From Asterionella formosa (lineage: Eukaryota): 64,000 bases of DNA. Both the position numbers and the translations under genes were made by a program. The notes beneath the pieces were generated by a model. It was not told the origin of the DNA, made no database searches, and saw only the letters and a list, made by a program, of their open reading frames with translations. Position 1 is the first letter of the stretch. Every line of letters begins with the position of its first letter. The stretch covers positions 1-64,000 of the forward strand of contig NKIB01012542.1 of the NCBI GenBank assembly GCA_002256025.1. The letters are read 5' to 3'. This document shows positions 11,564 through 22,110 of this stretch, piece by piece.

Positions 11564-13250
11564 TATAATTGCTTATTGATTTTCCATACATTTTGTAGAA
11601 CTTTTGTAAGACATGCTGCAACCATGATTTTCCTTAAAACGTCCACAAGCATTTGTGCATTCTTTCATACACATACACCTTCATTTTGACTTGCTCGCTT
11701 GAGGATAGTAACACTCATTTTTCTATGATTTTCACAAGTGAAAGTTCCATCAAGTATGGCTTGTCTCTTCTCATCCAAATAATATGAAATGACTGCCTTA
11801 TTTGGTTGGGCAATGCATCTTTCTTGAGGGATAAAGTATGTCTTCTCATATCTCCCTTTTCCAGAATATACAATGTCATGAACAGTTACTCCTTGTATTC
11901 CTTGTCCAAGTTCATTGTAGATAGGGCAAAGAAAATATCAGGAATTCCATGTGGGTTGATTACATCTCTGTAGTCCATTTAAATTGTAACTATTGATACA
12001 ATAGTTGCCTTTTGCTTTGACTGCAGATATCTGCCTTTCATGTATTTGCTTTGATCCTGATATTGTTGTGATCTAACATATTATGCATGTTTTTGTCTTC
12101 CATTTTTCTATGATTTCATGGGAGTTTTTTAAACTGCGCTTTCCATAGCATGTCTTGCATATCTGTTCTCATTCCCACAAAGTAATTTCCTTGCTACCAT
12201 TTCATTTAGCATCAGTTCATCACCAGTATCCACTTGCTGTCTTAAAACAGTATCATGTAGGTCACTTGGTAAGATCGATTCAGTATTGAATTGATTGACC
12301 ACTTCCCTGAACATTGTGACAACAAAGGAGCGATAATTATGTGGAGGAATGCATAGCTGATATGTTTACAATTTCTGGTTCAAAAATCAAACCCAGGACA
12401 AGGCAAGCAATCAGGCCACATATTTATCCTGTTCCTGTTGTGTTCTTTTTCCTTGTTTCTTCTGTTATTCTTGCAGTCATTTTCCTCGTTCTTGTTTTAG
12501 CATTTTCGATTCTCTTTGCAGTCCTTATTGCAGTCCTTATTGCAGTCGTTGTTCCGGTTTCCGCATTTGGAGTTTTTCCTGCTACTGTTGCCTTCTCATT
12601 CTTCATTGATTGCATTGTTCCAGTTTCCGCATTTCGAGTTGTTCCTGCTAATGAAGCCTTTTCAAAAACCAATTTGGTGGACTCTAAGGAGTGAATTGGA
12701 TGATTTCAGATTTTTTTGTGAATTACCTTAGCGATATTTACTCTCCACAAACACCAACTTTTTTTGAGGACATTTATTCAGTATCATTTGCTTCATTTTG
12801 TGTCGACAACATGCCGTTTCCAATCAGCAGGCAACTGTGAACCGCTCATTTGAGGAATGGATTGCTTGGATGGATATTCAGGGAGTTTGTCGAGCACAGG
12901 CTAGAGCATCTTTTTGCACAGAACATCCGAGGCACCTCCACGGAAACAAGACAACAAGACGAAGTTATTTACCAATCCAGCCTCTTTGCAGCGCAAAAAT
13001 CTAAGCTCTATTTGCTCCTCCTTTCTAGTTAAGGGCAGAGTGAGTCAGCCACAAACTTGAGTGAACCATACATAGTTCTACGCTGTAGGAGGCAAGCTCG
13101 CCTCCAGCATGATGTTGCAGCAGTTCATCAAATACTGTCACAATGATATCAAAGGCATCTGCTTCTTCTTCAAGTGAGCCATTGGAAAATTCAGCACTGT
13201 TCATTACTAACAAATAGGCATCCTGAGTTTTTGTAACAGAACAAGTCTTA
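11564..13250 (-). pseudogene. Decayed transposon ORF, C-terminal part resembling KRBA2/SCAND3-like (Ginger2/TDD-type) integrase proteins
   Basis: Minus-strand fragments KYMKGRYLQSKQKATIVSIVTI*MDYRDVINPHGIP and a terminal Cys cluster CMCMKECTNACGRFKENHGCS...C. Many stops and AT-rich. No DDE core was recognised. Confidence 0.4.
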
Positions 13251-13515
13251 CCATTTTAGAATAGCTTGAGTTAAACATCAGTTACAACTTGCATCGTTTG
13301 ATATGCATGATGATCATGCAGGTGAACATAAAATACAGATTAGGTATGATATTTATATAACCCTATATACTCCAGAGTACTTATGTATAAATATATATTA
13401 GTTAGTAACCATCGCTACTGGTATTTCATTTGATCCTCCTAACTACTAGCATTTTTAGACTAGAATGAAGGATAGGTTGTTTTTCCACTTGGCAACAAAA
13501 ACCCAATTTTGGAGA

Positions 13516-13635
13516 CTTCAGGAAATTGCACACCTTTCCTGAAATTTGCTGACATTTCCTTACGTTTCCTGACATTTCCTGACATTTCCTGACATTTCCT
13601 GAAATTCATATTCATATGGTAGGAATTTCCTGAAA
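13516..13635. repeat. Tandem 10-bp repeat (GACATTTCCT)n with flanking inverted AGGAAAT units
   Basis: About 5-6 direct units at 13531-13605, plus CAGGAAATT at ~13519 and AGGAATTTCCTGA at 13621. Confidence 0.8.
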
Positions 13636-13676
13636 GTGAAAGTGATATGCTGTGTGTTCTCTCGTTTTGGCAACTA

Positions 13677-13810
13677 CCTGTAGAAGAAGAATTCTGCTAT
13701 TTATTTCAATGAATCGTGCTATGAATGGAAGACGTTCTTTAAATAATATTAAATAAACCCCTGTCCGGCGACACGTTGTTCGTTTCAGGAAAATGACCGC
13801 AACGTGCAGG
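13677..13810 (+). mobile_element. Longer variant related to MITE family A
   Basis: The right end AAAATGACCGCAACGTGCAGG is nearly identical to 303-323. The left end is TA|CCTG. Confidence 0.45.
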
Positions 13811-14060
13811 TGCTTGCTTAGATTTGATACCACGGTAACCAGGTACCTGGTACTCCTTTTGTGAGGTTTGTTTGGTTCCTTCCTCCCGGTAATATGTGCA
13901 TACCGGCATTCTTCAAATTGCGCGTGTGCGCTAAAACCATGTACTCCACCAGGTACAATGGTGCCAGGTACGGAGTGCCGTATTTTATCCTCTCTCTCTG
14001 AAAGGACATGCCTATTTTGGTGCTGCAAGCGAACCATCAAAAGCAGATCTGATTTATGTA

Positions 14061-16064
14061 ATGTTCAGAGTAACGAAAAAGGCTAAAAGGCCACGGGTTG
14101 TTCTGAGCCGTGAAGATGACAATGAATCGGAACAGGAGGAAGTCTCGACGCCGCTAGTCAAAAAGACGAAGAAGCGCCCATTAATTCTATCCTTTGACTT
14201 TGAAGAAACGGATCAAGCCAAGAGGAGTAAGAAGAGTCGAAAAGGGTTTGGCTTTGGGGGAACTTTGACCTCTCCAAAAGTGGAACATGAATCACTGGAT
14301 CTACCCGTTGCTCCCGATGATGAAGCTTTCATCTACGACAAAGGGTCCATCGCAAAGCTCAAAGGTGAACAAAAGTATCGGCACATGGAAAAGTGCGACA
14401 TCGAAGAGACAAATGCTCTTCCACCAAGATTCCTGGACGAAGCCACGAAGTCAAACCCATTGCCGTCGTTCGTTCCCTTGAACTATGCTGGAGGAGAGAC
14501 TGTGATCTTGGCCGGCGATGAAGCACTTGACTATGAAGATGATGAAAGTAGCCAAAGTATACGTCGTGAACAACTCAAGAAAAAGATGCAAGAAGACATA
14601 CCGCTAGAATGGGAAGCCAAAATTACCAGTCGCGCTGGAATCAATACACCTCCGAAGATAGCTGCCGCCTTCGAGACTGCTAGCATCGAAGAACTAAAAG
14701 AAAAAGTCAGCTTGGCTCTCGTCCACCTCAAAAATCAACATGAAGATCTACAGCAAGCATTTAACCGCCGATTGGTTGATGTCAATCAAATAAAAGATGA
14801 GTTAGACAGACAAGAGTCGGAAGTCAAGGCGGCAGGATCAGCATTGGAGTACTACCAAGAGCTTCGTGTGGATCTGTCATCTTGGGTTGGCGCTATCCGA
14901 GATTTAAAGATGAAAGTGACTCCTTTGCAACTAGCGCTGCGACTTGTAGATAAGGAGTTTGTGGATCGGTGGATAGGTCTTGAGGACGATTCTGTCAATG
15001 TATTGCGTGATGCTGGATTGCTGGAATGTGTCCTGGGGCGCCAGCCTCCAATTACTCAGGAAGCTGCAACTATAGTTGATGAGTTTGGCCGTGACATGAA
15101 GTCACAGCACGTAATGGCAAGAGAGAAGAGGACAAGGCAACGGGAGAAAGTACGAAGGGAACGTGAAATCAACGGGGACGAGACTGATGCCTTGATCGCT
15201 GAAAACGAGAAGGATGAAATACTTGAACGACGGAAGGCACTTAGTGAAGCTCTAAAGGTAGCAATGAATGAGTTGGACGAACAATATGCTTCACTGATCA
15301 ACCTGATAACCTTGTTTACCAAGTGGTCCAAATTGTATCGAGATGAGTACAAACAATGCTTTGCCGGTATGTCATTGGCAGATTTGTCAAGCGTTTTGGT
15401 ACAAGTTGATTTATGTTCAACCCATCATCCACTTGATTGGCGAGGTGATAGTTTTTCATGGATCAATGATCTAAAAGTCATTTCAGAAGTGGATAACAAT
15501 ATTGAGGAGAGTCCTATCTACCGCATGGTTGACAAGGTTTTGATTCCGGTTGTGGAAGATATTTTGGAGGAACAGGCTTACAGCTTAATCTCGACACGTC
15601 AGACCAAATCTCTATCCATGTTCTTCTCCAAGATCAGTGAACTGCTCCCCAGAGGAAACATTCTGATCGACAAACTTTCTTCGCGCTTGGTTAATTACAT
15701 TCAAGGCAGTCTGCAAGGCATGGCTATTCCTATCATGAAATCTGGTTTTCCACCGTCTGCCTCGGATGAAATTCTCGAAGCAGTTAGATATGCAACAAAG
15801 GGCCAACTACTTCGACTTCAAAAGATTATATCCAATCTGATGACATTTTGGGCACCTATTTTGGGTGACAAACTTGCCGAACCTGTTCTCGAGTTTTCTT
15901 CTTCGCAATTTATATTTTTGTTGTCTTCTTTGGAGAGGAAGGAGTCATCTGTCATGACATTTATCAATGTCTGGAGAAGTCTCCAAGAAACAGATTGGTT
16001 GGGACGCCCCGAGTTTATGCTACAAGCCGCCCCCATTCGAGCAGCTGCAACAGTGTACCGGTAG
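14061..16064 (+). CDS. GCFC-domain splicing/transcription factor (PAXBP1/GCFC2/ILP1-like)
   Basis: Basic/acidic N-terminus with LSFD motif, coiled coil, VDEFGRD motif and FTKWSKLYRDEYKQCF (the family's F..W...Y...Y..A pattern); 667-aa intronless ORF. Confidence 0.75.
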   Translation: MFRVTKKAKRPRVVLSREDDNESEQEEVSTPLVKKTKKRPLILSFDFEETDQAKRSKKSRKGFGFGGTLTSPKVEHESLDLPVAPDDEAFIYDKGSIAKLKGEQKYRHMEKCDIEETNALPPRFLDEATKSNPLPSFVPLNYAGGETVILAGDEALDYEDDESSQSIRREQLKKKMQEDIPLEWEAKITSRAGINTPPKIAAAFETASIEELKEKVSLALVHLKNQHEDLQQAFNRRLVDVNQIKDELDRQESEVKAAGSALEYYQELRVDLSSWVGAIRDLKMKVTPLQLALRLVDKEFVDRWIGLEDDSVNVLRDAGLLECVLGRQPPITQEAATIVDEFGRDMKSQHVMAREKRTRQREKVRREREINGDETDALIAENEKDEILERRKALSEALKVAMNELDEQYASLINLITLFTKWSKLYRDEYKQCFAGMSLADLSSVLVQVDLCSTHHPLDWRGDSFSWINDLKVISEVDNNIEESPIYRMVDKVLIPVVEDILEEQAYSLISTRQTKSLSMFFSKISELLPRGNILIDKLSSRLVNYIQGSLQGMAIPIMKSGFPPSASDEILEAVRYATKGQLLRLQKIISNLMTFWAPILGDKLAEPVLEFSSSQFIFLLSSLERKESSVMTFINVWRSLQETDWLGRPEFMLQAAPIRAAATVYR

Positions 16065-16647
16065 GATTCGCTCAAATCTTTTCGACTTGTGCTACGTTCT
16101 GCATTGCTAATCCATAGGTATGGTGATTGACAAAAGTTGTGGGAGCTTTTTGGAAAGAATCATGATTACAGATTACAGGTACTGAGAGTGCTGGACTATT
16201 TGTCTCAGGCTTTTGGACTTCGACAACATTTTCTTAATGGTTGAAATCCGCATATTATGTGGTATTTGTGACATCTTTGGGTCGAAATCCCTATTTCTTA
16301 CAATCATGTTGCGTCACTTGTTATCATAAGCTCGGGGGTTTGCCAAGCTCTGCCATTCAACAGGCCTTCTCAGGATTCTCGAATTACATGTACGACCGGT
16401 AATGTGTATACTGGTAGATTTTCACTGTTAACAAGAAGTTTCAAATCACGAGCGCTGATATTGCATATCGCACATGAGTAACCTGGTACTACGTAGACAA
16501 ATGTTTCGTCTGACTTCAATGAATAGGTGTGTTTTTGGTAGCAAGGTATCACGATGCCATACCACCTAGTTTTACTGGAGATCCTCACTGCTTCGTTCCA
16601 TATTAAATTTTTACCTTATACAAAAAATGGAACAGTTATTCGCCAAT

Positions 16648-17904
16648 TTACTTTTCACACCGAATTACTACGCAAGATGTTCCAAGTACTTCAATCTTGA
16701 CCTTGTCATGCTCGAACCCTCCACCCTCCATAATTTTCCTTAGTTGATCAACCGATTCAAAGTACTGAAATGCCTGCATTGACGGAGTTGTAATTCCGCC
16801 ATCTGCACTCATGAGAGTTTGAAAGTAAAGACTCAAAAAAGTAGTGGCAAAGTACCGACCTCCAGGTTTAAGAACCCGATATATTTCCGAAACAGCGGCT
16901 TGCAGATCCGGCCAGCAGTGCATTGCAGCACCAGCATGTAGAGCATCAACAGTTCCATCTTGCATTGGGATGCTACCAACGTCTAACCTGATCAAGTCCA
17001 ATCTCGTCTTCGTGAGTTTATTCAGTAAGGATTCGGCATCGATACGCCGTCTCGCCTCCGTCAGCATACTATCTGAGTAGTCACAACCCAAAACACGATC
17101 GTATACGTTTTCCTTGGCAAATCTTCTTGTAAAAAGACCTTTGCAAAAGCGGGTGGGAAGGGTTGTTAGTGAAGTTATCTTGACCAACCAGAAACATCGT
17201 TTTTGGGTCATGAATCTCCGAGCATTTTGTATCGTACCTGTCGCACAACTCATGTCAACAATGATGCTAGTTTCAGCAACAGCAGGCGCAAAGTACTCTT
17301 TGGCCATTGCGAATTCAACATCTGGACCAGGAAATCCAGCTTGGGCAAAGCCCTGCCTCCATCCCCGTTCGTATGCAAAGGAAACTGCCGGTGAGGTGAA
17401 TAGATCCCGCATTGGTACATACTCTCCCACATCAGCGCCAGCCATGGCAAGCGCCCCTCGAAGTGGAGGAGGAATGAGCGGCGTCAATGTCTTGAGTGCA
17501 GCCGTAACAATATTTACTGATTCAATTGGTGCGTTAGAGTCATTCTTTGGTTCCAACAAGTTGATATAGGTATCACTTGACCCCTCGTACTGGTTGGTCG
17601 AGGATGTAATTTGGTATTCAACAGAGCTTCGGCTATTGCCTCCCAACATGGAACCCTTAGCACTGATTCGTATGGCTTCCTTAGTAAAGGGGTCAGCTAG
17701 GACGGGATCCAAAATTCCTTCTCTCTGACTCGAACGTCTGCCGAGTAGCCCAAGAAGCGCATCCTTTTGCAACGTTCTAGCATCATCAATGGCATCTGAA
17801 AAGAGCGCAAGACTTCGAAATGTGCTTGTAGTAGTTGGTGCGAAAGATACCCCTCTTCGAAATACTAACAGTCCAGCAAGAGCGGAAAGACAAATTTTCA
17901 CCAT
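16648..17904 (-). CDS. Plastid-targeted class I SAM-dependent methyltransferase (UbiE-like, plant At1g78140/At2g41040-type), intron 17139-17237
   Basis: Signal peptide + VS-FAP. Motifs FTSPAVSFAYERGWRQGF, GFPGPDVEF, spliced DMSCATG|LFTRRF and HAGAAMHCWP. 99-nt GT...AG intron. Confidence 0.88.
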   Translation of the reverse strand: MVKICLSALAGLLVFRRGVSFAPTTTSTFRSLALFSDAIDDARTLQKDALLGLLGRRSSQREGILDPVLADPFTKEAIRISAKGSMLGGNSRSSVEYQITSSTNQYEGSSDTYINLLEPKNDSNAPIESVNIVTAALKTLTPLIPPPLRGALAMAGADVGEYVPMRDLFTSPAVSFAYERGWRQGFAQAGFPGPDVEFAMAKEYFAPAVAETSIIVDMSCATGTIQNARRFMTQKRCFWLVKITSLTTLPTRFCKGLFTRRFAKENVYDRVLGCDYSDSMLTEARRRIDAESLLNKLTKTRLDLIRLDVGSIPMQDGTVDALHAGAAMHCWPDLQAAVSEIYRVLKPGGRYFATTFLSLYFQTLMSADGGITTPSMQAFQYFESVDQLRKIMEGGGFEHDKVKIEVLGTSCVVIRCEK

Positions 17905-18119
17905 GATGTGGTCGAAGGAAAAAGATTGTTGTGAGAAACGTGGTGGGTGTTGTGAACTTTGCTTAGGGTTCCTGGATTTGAACCCCAGCTCGAGGTAGGG
18001 TTAAAATAATAACATTGACTCAGACTAATCGAACAGGTAGTTTTCAGGTCCGAAATGGATTTGTATAACGCTCAACGGAGCTTCCACCAAAAGACACTCT
18101 TTCCATATGTATGATTACA

Positions 18120-18400
18120 TAGTACCAGGTACCAGTACCTTGGTACCTGGTACTCGGTGTAGGTCCACTCTATTCATCGTCGGAGGAATCTATTGTTTTG
18201 GGGGTGTTTGCTTGTACTGTATCTTCTACCTGGTAGAGTATCTACCATATAGTACGCGCATACCGGTACCCTGGTACCAGGTACCTGGTACCTGGTAATC
18301 AGCAACAACATTTGCCATGCTGCCAGCTTGTATGGTCTGACACATCTATGGTACCTGGTGTACCTGGTATGTTGATCGTATTATTATAGGGTACCGGTAT
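18120..18400. repeat. GGTACC / TA-CC(N)GG-TA degenerate palindromic array (example of a window-wide family)
   Basis: e.g. CCGGTACCCTGGTACCAGGTACCTGGTACCTGGTA at ~18263-18297. Similar arrays occur at ~181-210, 6040-6240, 13830-13975, 20200-20400, 23240-23360, 28695-28745, 33525-33780, 38715-38830, 49440-49940, 53060-53200, 58400-58600 and 61060-61080. Confidence 0.9.
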
Positions 18401-18484
18401 ATATGCATCGAGCGATGTATTTTCTTTAAATACTGGGTATCCATGCATCACTGCTTTTTTCTCTTTGTTTGTTACAGGGATTTT

Positions 18485-19450
18485 TTATAGGGAATTTAAT
18501 TGAAAATGCTGTGCAAGAGTTGACTGCATCAGGAAGGAATGTTTTAGTGATTGCATAAACAGATAGATAAGAGCGAAACTCCGTACTCGTGACAAATGTC
18601 TATGAGGTTTCCGCCGCCTGCAAGCCGTTGAAGGCCGATGGTGAGGATCAACTTGGGATAAATATGCTGATTTGTGCAGTATAAACTGGAACTTGCATTT
18701 GATTTTCAGCATCAACTGTGATGGAAGGTCGAAGTAATTCTCTCCAGTAGGTGGTTGAAAGCTTGAAGAGACATGGAATATTCATGATGAAACCTATTCT
18801 CGCTCATGGAGATGCTTTGTGATTTGATCATTTCAGTCAAGTCATTAAAGCTCTAATTTTCCTGATCACACTAGCTTCGAGTTTCGACTAGGACTCCAAA
18901 AATGATAATGCAACTGCTGCAAGAAACCGAAAGCTCTGTTGTTCCATTTGTATTTCCCGGTTCTAAATCAAGATTGTCAATGACAGTCCAACTGTCAGGT
19001 TCTTCTAGTTGATTTGTCATTGTCATTTGAGTAATGATGATAGTCAGATAAGTTGAATAATTGAAGCGCACATCGCCACTCTTCTTGCTGATGATTCTGA
19101 TGCACATGTTTGCGGAGACACGAAAAAAGGCTTACTGTTTTGCTTTTACTGAGATATATTTGTGAAATGTATCTCTGTAAAGATTCATTTTTCTGAAGAT
19201 AAAATCTCTGTTTCTTAGATCGCCCCTTAGCTAGGTCACTGCCTCTCACGAAGCGCAAGAAGCTCCGATAATTCTCTGGTTAATAGCACTCGTATTTGCT
19301 GCATAATCAACCTGTTCAGCAAACTGTCTTCTAGCTTCGGAAAACAAAGAGGAATCATTCTTCATATAGAATTCGCTAACAACGACTAGAATTCGCTCAC
19401 AATGATTAGAAGAATTAGCTGACAATGGCCAGAATTTGCGAAAACAAATA
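18485..19450 (-). mobile_element. Decayed PIF/Harbinger element fragment (5' part of transposase)
   Basis: 18660-18810 aligns with 45940-46104 and 18810-19050 aligns with 49162-49380; these are the two halves of the Harbinger transposase remnant. Multiple stops. Confidence 0.7.
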
Positions 19451-20050
19451 GATTTTCTGAATAACCCTTTTGCAATGAAGTATTTACATGAACACCCACA
19501 ACTACTACCCTCTGATAGTAGCCATGCCAATACTATGAACATACCATGCCTGATGTATCAGCATACCACCAAGGTACTGGCATTTTTGCAATTTCATACA
19601 TATCACATATACAATGGTGGCTTGGATCTGGGATACCAGTATACGATATGGTCAGGGTACCTGAGGAAGCCCTTGTAGAAACTTTCAAAATAATTAAATT
19701 AGCAGTTTAGATGTTGCAATTTGTTTCTATGTATTAAACACTAAAGTGTAGTTGTTGTGAGCGGCTGAAGAATTTTGCATCATGCCGCCTCCGCCTTGAC
19801 CATGCATGATGAAAATGATAGCGAATTTCTCCATGAAAATTTAGAATGATGCTTTGCTATTTGGTACATATATCTAGCACAACACAGAAAATGCAATTGT
19901 AAAAGAATAATTGCAATATTGCTTATGTTGAAAAAATTACCAGTAGAAGTAGGTGAACATGACTTTGATGATCAGAGCATGACTTGGATTTAATGAAAGA
20001 TAATTTAATGCAGAGAAAGGTACTGAAGAGAATTTGGAATGGAAAGCCAT

Positions 20051-20110
20051 GGAAGGTCCGGTAAAGCACGTTTTGGAATATGGAAAAGACTAAGCTAAAT
20101 ATCTCGATTG
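20051..20110 (+). repeat. Dispersed repeat, second copy at ~58693-58750
   Basis: GAAGGTCCGGTAAAGCACGTTTT...AAGCTAAATATCTCGATT vs GAAGGTCCGGTGAAACACGTTTT...AAGCTAAATATCTCGATT. Confidence 0.7.
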
Positions 20111-20856
20111 CCGGAGCACCTAGCCATGGGACGAATCATTGGGAGTGAGTGAGTCGAGACTGAAAAAGTGCGCATAAAACGTGCACTATGGGGCCTTGCG
20201 GCGAGAAGGGGTGCCGGTGTGTACCTGTATGTACGAAGCATTTTTGATATTGCCGGTACGCACCTGGAGTTCAGGTGCTACCTGGTTTAGTACGAGGCAC
20301 CTGGTGCTCCGAGTTTGATTCATACATGTCGTACCAGTGACTCGGCTACAACGATACAAATGCCGGTACTGGTACATAGAAGACCGGTGGACTACCTACC
20401 GGTACATATCGTTTTTTATCACAGGTGGTGGCTGATGGTGGTGGTTGATTGACACTTGACACCATCGTCGTGGCTGCTATGTATGCATTAAAGCTAATAC
20501 ACACCGGGATATGCCTGCAATTTTTTTTTGACATGCATTTACCGTATGCGGTAGGCACCATACATAGAAAGTACAGTGCGCATGACGGAAACGCTTCGCC
20601 GACCATTCACATCAAATATTTAATACCGTAGCCATCATTTGATTTTTCTTTTCAGAAAAGATCCACTGAGCGAGCGATGATGCATAATAACGTGCGACAA
20701 CCAGTATTTTCTTCGCCTTCAGAGATTCACACATTGTTGATGCTTTGAGGGGGCTGTTCTTGCTTCTATCCTGAGCTTCAACGAATCATTCTTTAAGGCT
20801 AAGGCTAAGATTTTGATGAAACTTGAGTGTTAGTTACTGTCGACCCTACAAATATC

Positions 20857-22020
20857 ATGAGAAATAACGAAGTCTTAGCGATTCTGATATCCCTTCTGTA
20901 CCTTGGATTGGCCGCAGCTTCCTTCCCTAAGATCGGCGTTGGATTGCGACGAGCTGGCTTAGCAAGTTCTGAAAGTGAATTTCATACTCAATCATGCAGC
21001 CTAACGTCTCGTAGAGGCGATAGAACTCCTATTAAGACCATGTCGGCTTCTCAAATGAACACCTTAAAGTACGTTTAGATGTATCGCTGTGCTTGATTCG
21101 AATCTCAGTCATTCAAACTTCTACTCACACATTCATGTGCATGTAGTCTTCTCTCTGGTGGTGTCGCTGGAACAATCTCATCATGCGTAACCAACCCTCT
21201 CGACGTAATCAAAACGCAACTTCAGTCATCGGCTCGAGGAAATCCAATCGCCATTGCCAAAAAGGTCATGACGACTGATGGCATCCCTGGATTCTTTCGA
21301 GGCCTCCCTCCCACTCTAGTTGGAATCATTCCAGCTCGTTCGATATACTTTTATTCATATCAAAAATCCAAAACGTTCCTAGGTCCCTACCTGAGTGAAG
21401 GATCAACTGGGAACGCCTTACTTAGTGGATTCTTTGCCGGAATTGCTTCGAATACAGTGACCAACCCAATCTGGATGGTTCGCACTCGTATGCAACTCAT
21501 TGCCGACGCAGCTGTTGGTCAACGAATATATAAGGGGTACGGTGATGTAATTGCCACCATTTTTAAACACGAAGGAATAGGAGGTTTCTACAAGGGAATC
21601 GCAGCATCCTACTGGGGTTGCACAGAAGGCGCCCTTCAATTTTTGGTTTATGAGCAGCTCAAAACCCGTTTGTTGAGGAGAGAAAATCACGCCCGTCATG
21701 TTCAAGGTTTGGAGTCAACACAACAACTATCAAAGGTCAAATATTTCTTTTCTGCTGCCTTGGCCAAGGGGATGGCCTCGATCCTTACCTATCCCCATGA
21801 AGTGGCTCGCACTCGTATGCGGGAGCAGGCTTTGAGTGGAGTTTTCAAGTATAAGGGTATGTGGCAAAGTCTTGGAGTTATTGCGAGAGAGGAAGGACGA
21901 TCTGGACTATATTCAGGTATGGGAGTCCATTTGTTGAAAGTCGTCCCGAACTCAGCTCTCATGTTTTTGACCTATGAAATTGTGAATCACTGGTTGGAGG
22001 GATTCACTGTTGTTGACTAA
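20857..22020 (+). CDS. Mitochondrial carrier family protein (Rim2/SLC25A33-36-like) with N-terminal signal peptide, intron 21069-21146
   Basis: Three carrier signatures: TNPLDVIKTQLQ, TNPIWMVRTRMQ and TYPHEVARTRMRE. VGIIPARSIYF and the RE ending are Rim2-like. Exon 1 (MRNNEVLAILISLLYLGLAAASFPK...) is joined in frame by a GT...AG intron (TLN|LLSGG). Confidence 0.88.
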
Positions 22021-22110
22021 AGCAACGATTTCGACTATAGCAACGCTGCTGCTGTGAAGAAACCGAAACAGAAGTAAAACTAATCGCTATATCCCATACT
22101 TTATTGTTAC

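Noticed and set aside
12341..12694. Hydrophobic 117-aa ORF as a membrane protein
   Set aside because: It is the antisense reading of a Lys/Thr/Arg-rich low-complexity stretch in the decayed minus-strand element.
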